Source of the DNA: Cupriavidus necator
GTDB lineage: Bacteria; Pseudomonadota; Gammaproteobacteria; Burkholderiales; Burkholderiaceae
Direction: 5' to 3'
Length of the DNA stretch: 32,000 nucleotides
NCBI RefSeq assembly: GCF_016127575.1
Contig: NZ_CP066020.1
Coordinates: 240,001 to 272,000, forward strand
Shown here: one piece after another, positions 28,254 to 32,000 of the stretch
How positions within the stretch are numbered: the first letter of the stretch is position 1
Layout of the letters: each line of letters begins with the position of its first letter
Program-made: the position numbers and the translations under genes
Notes under the pieces: model-generated
The model's database searches: none
What the model was told of the DNA's origin: nothing
The model's input: only the letters and a program-made list of their open reading frames with translations

Positions 28254-28734
28254 GCGATTCGGCTCATTGCTGAGCGCCGTGATCTGCGGCCTTGCGTTGC
28301 ACGCCGGCGCCGCCACGCTCTCGGACACGGAACTCGATGCGCGCGTCCACGCCTTGTCCGGCCAGCTGCGCTGCCTGGTCTGCCAAAACCAGACCTTGGC
28401 CGACTCCAACGCCGACCTCGCCGTCGACCTGCGCCGGCAGATCCGCGAGCGGCTGCGCGGCGGCGCCAGCGATGAAGCCGTGAAGGACTACTTGGTGCAG
28501 CGCTATGGCGACTTCGTGCTCTACAAGCCGCCGCTCAGGCCGCTGACCTGGCTGCTGTGGTTCGGTCCCTTGCTGTTGGTGGCCGGCGTGACAATCGCCA
28601 TCATTCGCGCGCGCTCGCGCAGCGTCGCAGCCGGGCTACCGCTCGACGCCGAGGCGCAACGACAGCTCGCAGCATTGCTGGACGAGACGTCCGGGCAACC
28701 TGCCAGTCCGCCAGCGGAGGCACGACAGCCATGA
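28246..28734 (+). CDS. ccmH: CcmH (CycL-type), apocytochrome thioreduction
   Basis: 162 aa with a signal peptide and the LRCLVCQNQTLADS motif. Confidence 0.92.
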   Translation: MRRRFGSLLSAVICGLALHAGAATLSDTELDARVHALSGQLRCLVCQNQTLADSNADLAVDLRRQIRERLRGGASDEAVKDYLVQRYGDFVLYKPPLRPLTWLLWFGPLLLVAGVTIAIIRARSRSVAAGLPLDAEAQRQLAALLDETSGQPASPPAEARQP

Positions 28735-29978
28735 CGACCTTCTGGCTCCTAGCCGCCGCGCTGATCGCCGCCACCATGGCTTGCCTCCTCTGGCCGCTGC
28801 TGCGCCACCGTGTCGCGCCAGATCCCGACACGCCGGAGCGCGCCCTGCTGGCAGACCTGTACCGCGAGCAACTGAATGAGCTGGATACCGACCTGCAAAG
28901 CGGCACGCTGACCGCCGCGCGGCACGCGGGGGCGCGCGACGAACTCGCCCGCCGCTTGCTGGACGAGAACGCCAGCGCCACGGCCGCCGCACGACAGGCA
29001 AAGCCTTCGCCCCTGCTCGCCGCCGCGCTGCTGGCCGTCCTGCCCAGCGCTGCCATCCTGCTCTACCTGCACCTGGGCAATCCCGTCGCGCAATGGAGCG
29101 CCAATGACATGCCGGCGGCGACCGACGGCCAGCACCAGCTCAGCGGTTTGCAGCTCGAAGGCATGGTCAACCAGCTGGCAAAGCGCCTGCGCGATGCGCC
29201 CGGCGACGCCGAAGGCTGGGCGATGCTGGCGCGCTCCTACAGCGTGATGGAGCGCCACGACGATGCCGCCGCGGCCTATGCGAAAGCCATTGCGCTGGCG
29301 CCCGACGTCGCGCCGCTGCGTTCGGATTACGCGGACGTGCTGGCAAGCCTCAACGGCGGCTCGCTGGAAGGCGCGCCGATGGAGCAGATCGGCCGCGCGC
29401 TGGCACTGGATCCCGATGATCCCAAGGGGCTGGCGCTCGCCGCCAGCGCTGCGGCGGAACGCGGAGACACGCAGGGTGCGATCGGCTACTGGGAACACCT
29501 GTACCGGCTGCTGCCTGCGGATTCGCAGACGGCGGCGAGAATTGCGGCAAATCTTGCGGCGGCGCGAGGGACTGCGGCCACCTCGCTTACGGCCAGCGGC
29601 GAAATCGGCGGCATTGTGACACTCGGCGAGATGGCGGGCAGGATTCCTCGGCCTGACGAAACCGTCTTCATCTATGCGCGCGCCGTGGATGGCCCGCGCA
29701 TGCCGCTGGCGGTAATCAGACGGACAGTGCGCGATTTGCCGGCGCGGTTCACGCTGGATGATTCCATGGCGCTCGGGCCCGACCACAAGCTGACCGGATA
29801 TCCACGGCTAATGGTCGAGGCCCGCATTTCCGCAAGTGGCAACGCCACACCACAGGCTGGCGATCTCGTCGGACGCACCGGTCCGGTAGCTGCGGGCAGC
29901 CACGAAGTGCAAATCGTGATCGACAGCATAGTGCCGGATGCAGGGACGGCACCGGCCGCTGACCGTATACCGCACTAG
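28731..29978 (+). CDS. ccmI: CcmI (CycH-type) TPR apocytochrome chaperone
   Basis: 415 aa from the in-frame ATG (ATGA overlap with ccmH). It has two N-terminal TM helices and a TPR-like region (GWAMLARSYSVMERHDDAAAAYAKAIALAPD...). Confidence 0.85.
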   Translation: MTTFWLLAAALIAATMACLLWPLLRHRVAPDPDTPERALLADLYREQLNELDTDLQSGTLTAARHAGARDELARRLLDENASATAAARQAKPSPLLAAALLAVLPSAAILLYLHLGNPVAQWSANDMPAATDGQHQLSGLQLEGMVNQLAKRLRDAPGDAEGWAMLARSYSVMERHDDAAAAYAKAIALAPDVAPLRSDYADVLASLNGGSLEGAPMEQIGRALALDPDDPKGLALAASAAAERGDTQGAIGYWEHLYRLLPADSQTAARIAANLAAARGTAATSLTASGEIGGIVTLGEMAGRIPRPDETVFIYARAVDGPRMPLAVIRRTVRDLPARFTLDDSMALGPDHKLTGYPRLMVEARISASGNATPQAGDLVGRTGPVAAGSHEVQIVIDSIVPDAGTAPAADRIPH

Positions 29979-30341
29979 AAGTGTCACGAGCTCGCAATCG
30001 CGGTAGGAATACCGGTTGCCCGGTACCCACCGGGTCGCCGTGGCAGTCACCCGCTTCCGACTCCCACGTGTCGCACTTGTCGAAATCTACTACGCGGGCT
30101 TTGTCGCCTCCCGTTGTCACGATTCGGGGTGCTCGCAGGGCTCTGGAGCTGCCTGACGTCTAGATGAGCCCGCCGGCGGATACGGCCATCGATGCCGAGT
30201 AGGCAGAACAAGAGGCCAACTCCATGAACGAAGTGACGCATACTTTAAGCACCGAACAATCTTGTGGACTTGATCGCGAGCAAATTAATGTCAATTTATA
30301 CAAACCGCCAATAATATGAATTGAATGCATGAAAGATCCAG

Positions 30342-30355
30342 AAAATGATCATTTT
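30342..30355. promoter_or_regulatory. Perfect 14-bp palindrome AAAATGATCATTTT in the AT-rich spacer upstream of the acyl-CoA dehydrogenase gene
   Basis: Read directly. It lies about 125 nt upstream of the ATG at 30479. Confidence 0.3.
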
Positions 30356-30478
30356 TTCACTGGGAGCTCCTGCGATAGAGTCGTGATCGGAAGTCGATGA
30401 ACGACCGAGCAAGCCAATTTGGTTACCAAGATCGGGATAAGCGTCACTTCCCTTCCATAATCTAGCGAGGGAATCGTC

Positions 30479-31705
30479 ATGCAATTCGAGTACACGCCGA
30501 AGGTCAAGGAGATGCAGGCCAAGCTGCTGGCCTTCTTCGAAAGGCACATCTATCCGAATGAACAGCGCTTCGAGGAGGAGATCGACGCTAACCGCCGCGC
30601 CGGCAATGCATGGATTCCCTCCACGGTGATCGACGAACTCAAGCCGCGGGCGCGCGAAGCCGGCCTGTGGAACCTTTTCCTGCCGCGTTCGCCGCGCGCC
30701 GCGCAGGGCCTGTCCAACCTCGAGTACGCACCGCTATGTGAGATCATGGGCCGCGTGCCCTGGTCGGCCGAGGTGTTCAACTGCTCGGCGCCCGACACCG
30801 GCAACATGGAAACGCTGGAGCGCTACGCCTCGGAAGAACTGAAGGACCAGTGGCTGGAGCCGCTGCTGGCCGGTGAAATCCGCTCGGCCTTCCTGATGAC
30901 GGAGCCAGCCGTGGCCTCGTCGGACGCCACCAACATTGCCTGCCGCATCGAGCGCGACGGCGACCACTATGTGATCAACGGCACCAAGTGGTGGTCATCG
31001 GGCGCGGGCGACCCGCGCTGCAAGGTCTACATCGTGATGGGCAAGTCCAATCCCGACGCTGCCCGCCATGAGCAGCAGTCGATGATCGTGGTGCCGGCCG
31101 ACGCGCCTGGCGTTACCGTCAAACGCTTCGTTCCCGTGTTCGGCTACGACCATGCACCGCACGGCCACATGGAAATCGAGCTGAAGAACGTGCGCGTGCC
31201 GGCTTCGAACATCCTGCTGGGCGAAGGCCGCGGCTTCGAGATGGCCCAGGGCCGCCTGGGCCCTGGCCGTATTCACCACTGCATGCGCAGCATCGGTGCG
31301 GCCGAGCGGACACTGGAACTGATGTGCAAGCGCAGCCTGGACCGCGTTGCCTTCGGCAAGGAGATCGCCCGCCACGGCGTGACGCAGGAACGCATCGCCG
31401 AAGCCCGCTGCGAAATCGAAATGGCCCGCCTGCTCACACTCAAGGCGGGGTACATGATGGACACCGTGGGCAACAAGGTGGCCAAGGCCGAGATCGCCAT
31501 GATCAAGGTGGTGGCCCCAAACGTGGCGCTGAAGGTAATCGACTGGGCTATCCAGGTCCACGGCGCGGCCGGCGTGTCGAGCGACTTCCCGCTGGCCAGC
31601 TGGTGGGCGCACCAGCGTACGCTGCGGCTGGCCGATGGTCCGGACGAGGTGCACCGCAACGCCATCGCCAAGCTTGAACTACTGAAGTACCGTTCGGATC
31701 GCTGA
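30479..31705 (+). CDS. Acyl-CoA dehydrogenase (ACAD10/11 / FadE-like subgroup)
   Basis: 408 aa. Motifs include [46 protein letters not shown] and the C-terminal ADGPDEVH, all typical of this ACAD clade. Confidence 0.9.
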   Translation: MQFEYTPKVKEMQAKLLAFFERHIYPNEQRFEEEIDANRRAGNAWIPSTVIDELKPRAREAGLWNLFLPRSPRAAQGLSNLEYAPLCEIMGRVPWSAEVFNCSAPDTGNMETLERYASEELKDQWLEPLLAGEIRSAFLMTEPAVASSDATNIACRIERDGDHYVINGTKWWSSGAGDPRCKVYIVMGKSNPDAARHEQQSMIVVPADAPGVTVKRFVPVFGYDHAPHGHMEIELKNVRVPASNILLGEGRGFEMAQGRLGPGRIHHCMRSIGAAERTLELMCKRSLDRVAFGKEIARHGVTQERIAEARCEIEMARLLTLKAGYMMDTVGNKVAKAEIAMIKVVAPNVALKVIDWAIQVHGAAGVSSDFPLASWWAHQRTLRLADGPDEVHRNAIAKLELLKYRSDR

Positions 31706-31855
31706 AGCGTAGGCGATTTCTTCAAGCCTCCCCCGCGCTAATCACGTTGTGGCGTGGGGAGGCGCTCATCCATGGAGCCCTTTGATTTCCGTGTAACGCG
31801 TGCCAAGAACGTGAGCATCAGGTGACCGATGCCTGCGATGCTTTAGGGAAGATGA

Positions 31856-32000
31856 GTGCGGGGACGGCCCCTCGAAGTCGGATTGCAGGAGCGGGCTTCA
31901 AACCGCCACAAGCTGCGTGGGTGAAGAGCCCCCGTGGTGAGCGTTGTCGGAAAAGTCGGGGGCAACCTCGGCAGGTGGGAGTCAAAGAGACGAACGCGAG
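31856..32000 (+). mobile_element. Probable 5' end (domain I) of a bacterial group II intron, cut by the window edge
   Basis: It starts with GTGCG. The downstream strings GGGTGAAGAGCCCCCGTGGTGAGCG, GTCGGAAAAGTCGGGGGCAACCTCGGCAGGTG and AGAGACGAACGCGAG resemble conserved domain I stretches of introns I remember (e.g. GGGUGAGAGUCCC...GUGAAGGCAG...ACACGAAC). There is no protein-coding signal. Confidence 0.45.

Noticed and set aside
29749-30120. 123-aa minus-strand ORF running into ccmI (N-terminus MTTGGDKARVVDFDKCDTWESEAGDCHGDP...)
   Set aside because: Most of it is antisense to ccmI. The roughly 45 codons outside ccmI could be a gene fragment, but I cannot assign a family or find a start context.
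30341-30357. Reading the AAAATGATCATTTT palindrome as a Fur box
   Set aside because: The resemblance to GATAAT hexamers is only partial, and an acyl-CoA dehydrogenase is not an expected Fur target. I kept it only as a generic operator candidate.
31726-31763. Hairpin GCCTCCCC...GGGGAGGC after the acyl-CoA dehydrogenase as an intrinsic terminator or class C intron target
   Set aside because: It has a 22-nt loop and no U-tract, and the putative intron start is about 90 nt further on, so neither role is supported.

Overview
GC-rich, beta-proteobacterial-style window that reads as a plasmid or accessory mosaic followed by a respiratory operon. (1) 1-9.0 kb: a VapBC-type TA pair, a translationally coupled four-gene operon headed by two tyrosine recombinases (Tn554-like layout), an orphan ORF, an iteron-like ACGCAAC repeat cluster, an Xre(DUF2384)-RES TA pair and several orphan ORFs. 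This block ends where a narK gene is cut off. (2) 9.0-18.7 kb: a junkyard. Intact genes are a hemerythrin-domain protein, flavohemoprotein fhp, a phasin and two paralogous small ORFs. They are interleaved with decayed genes: narK, an IS66-like tnpA, two different IS110-family transposases, a receiver-domain regulator, a ferritin-like protein, an SDR/phaB-like N-terminus, a flavoprotein C-terminus and a frameshifted NAD(P)H dehydrogenase. (3) 18.7-30.0 kb: an uninterrupted napEDABC-ccmABCDEFGHI cluster of 14 genes. (4) 30.5-31.7 kb: an acyl-CoA dehydrogenase, then what looks like the 5' end of a group II intron running off the window. The Fhp sequence is, as far as I remember it, the Alcaligenes eutrophus/Cupriavidus necator flavohemoprotein. 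The combination of fhp, a plasmid phasin, napEDABC and many integrase/IS remnants matches what is published for megaplasmid pHG1. That attribution is from memory and needs a BLAST. I see no clear-cut new multi-gene system with recognisable enzymology. The best novelty candidates are the recombinase module with its core-like site, the ACGCAAC repeat cluster, the duplicated small-ORF family around the phasin, and the orphan cluster at 7.5-8.8 kb. Most long minus-strand ORFs in the ORF track are antisense shadows of real genes in GC-rich DNA.
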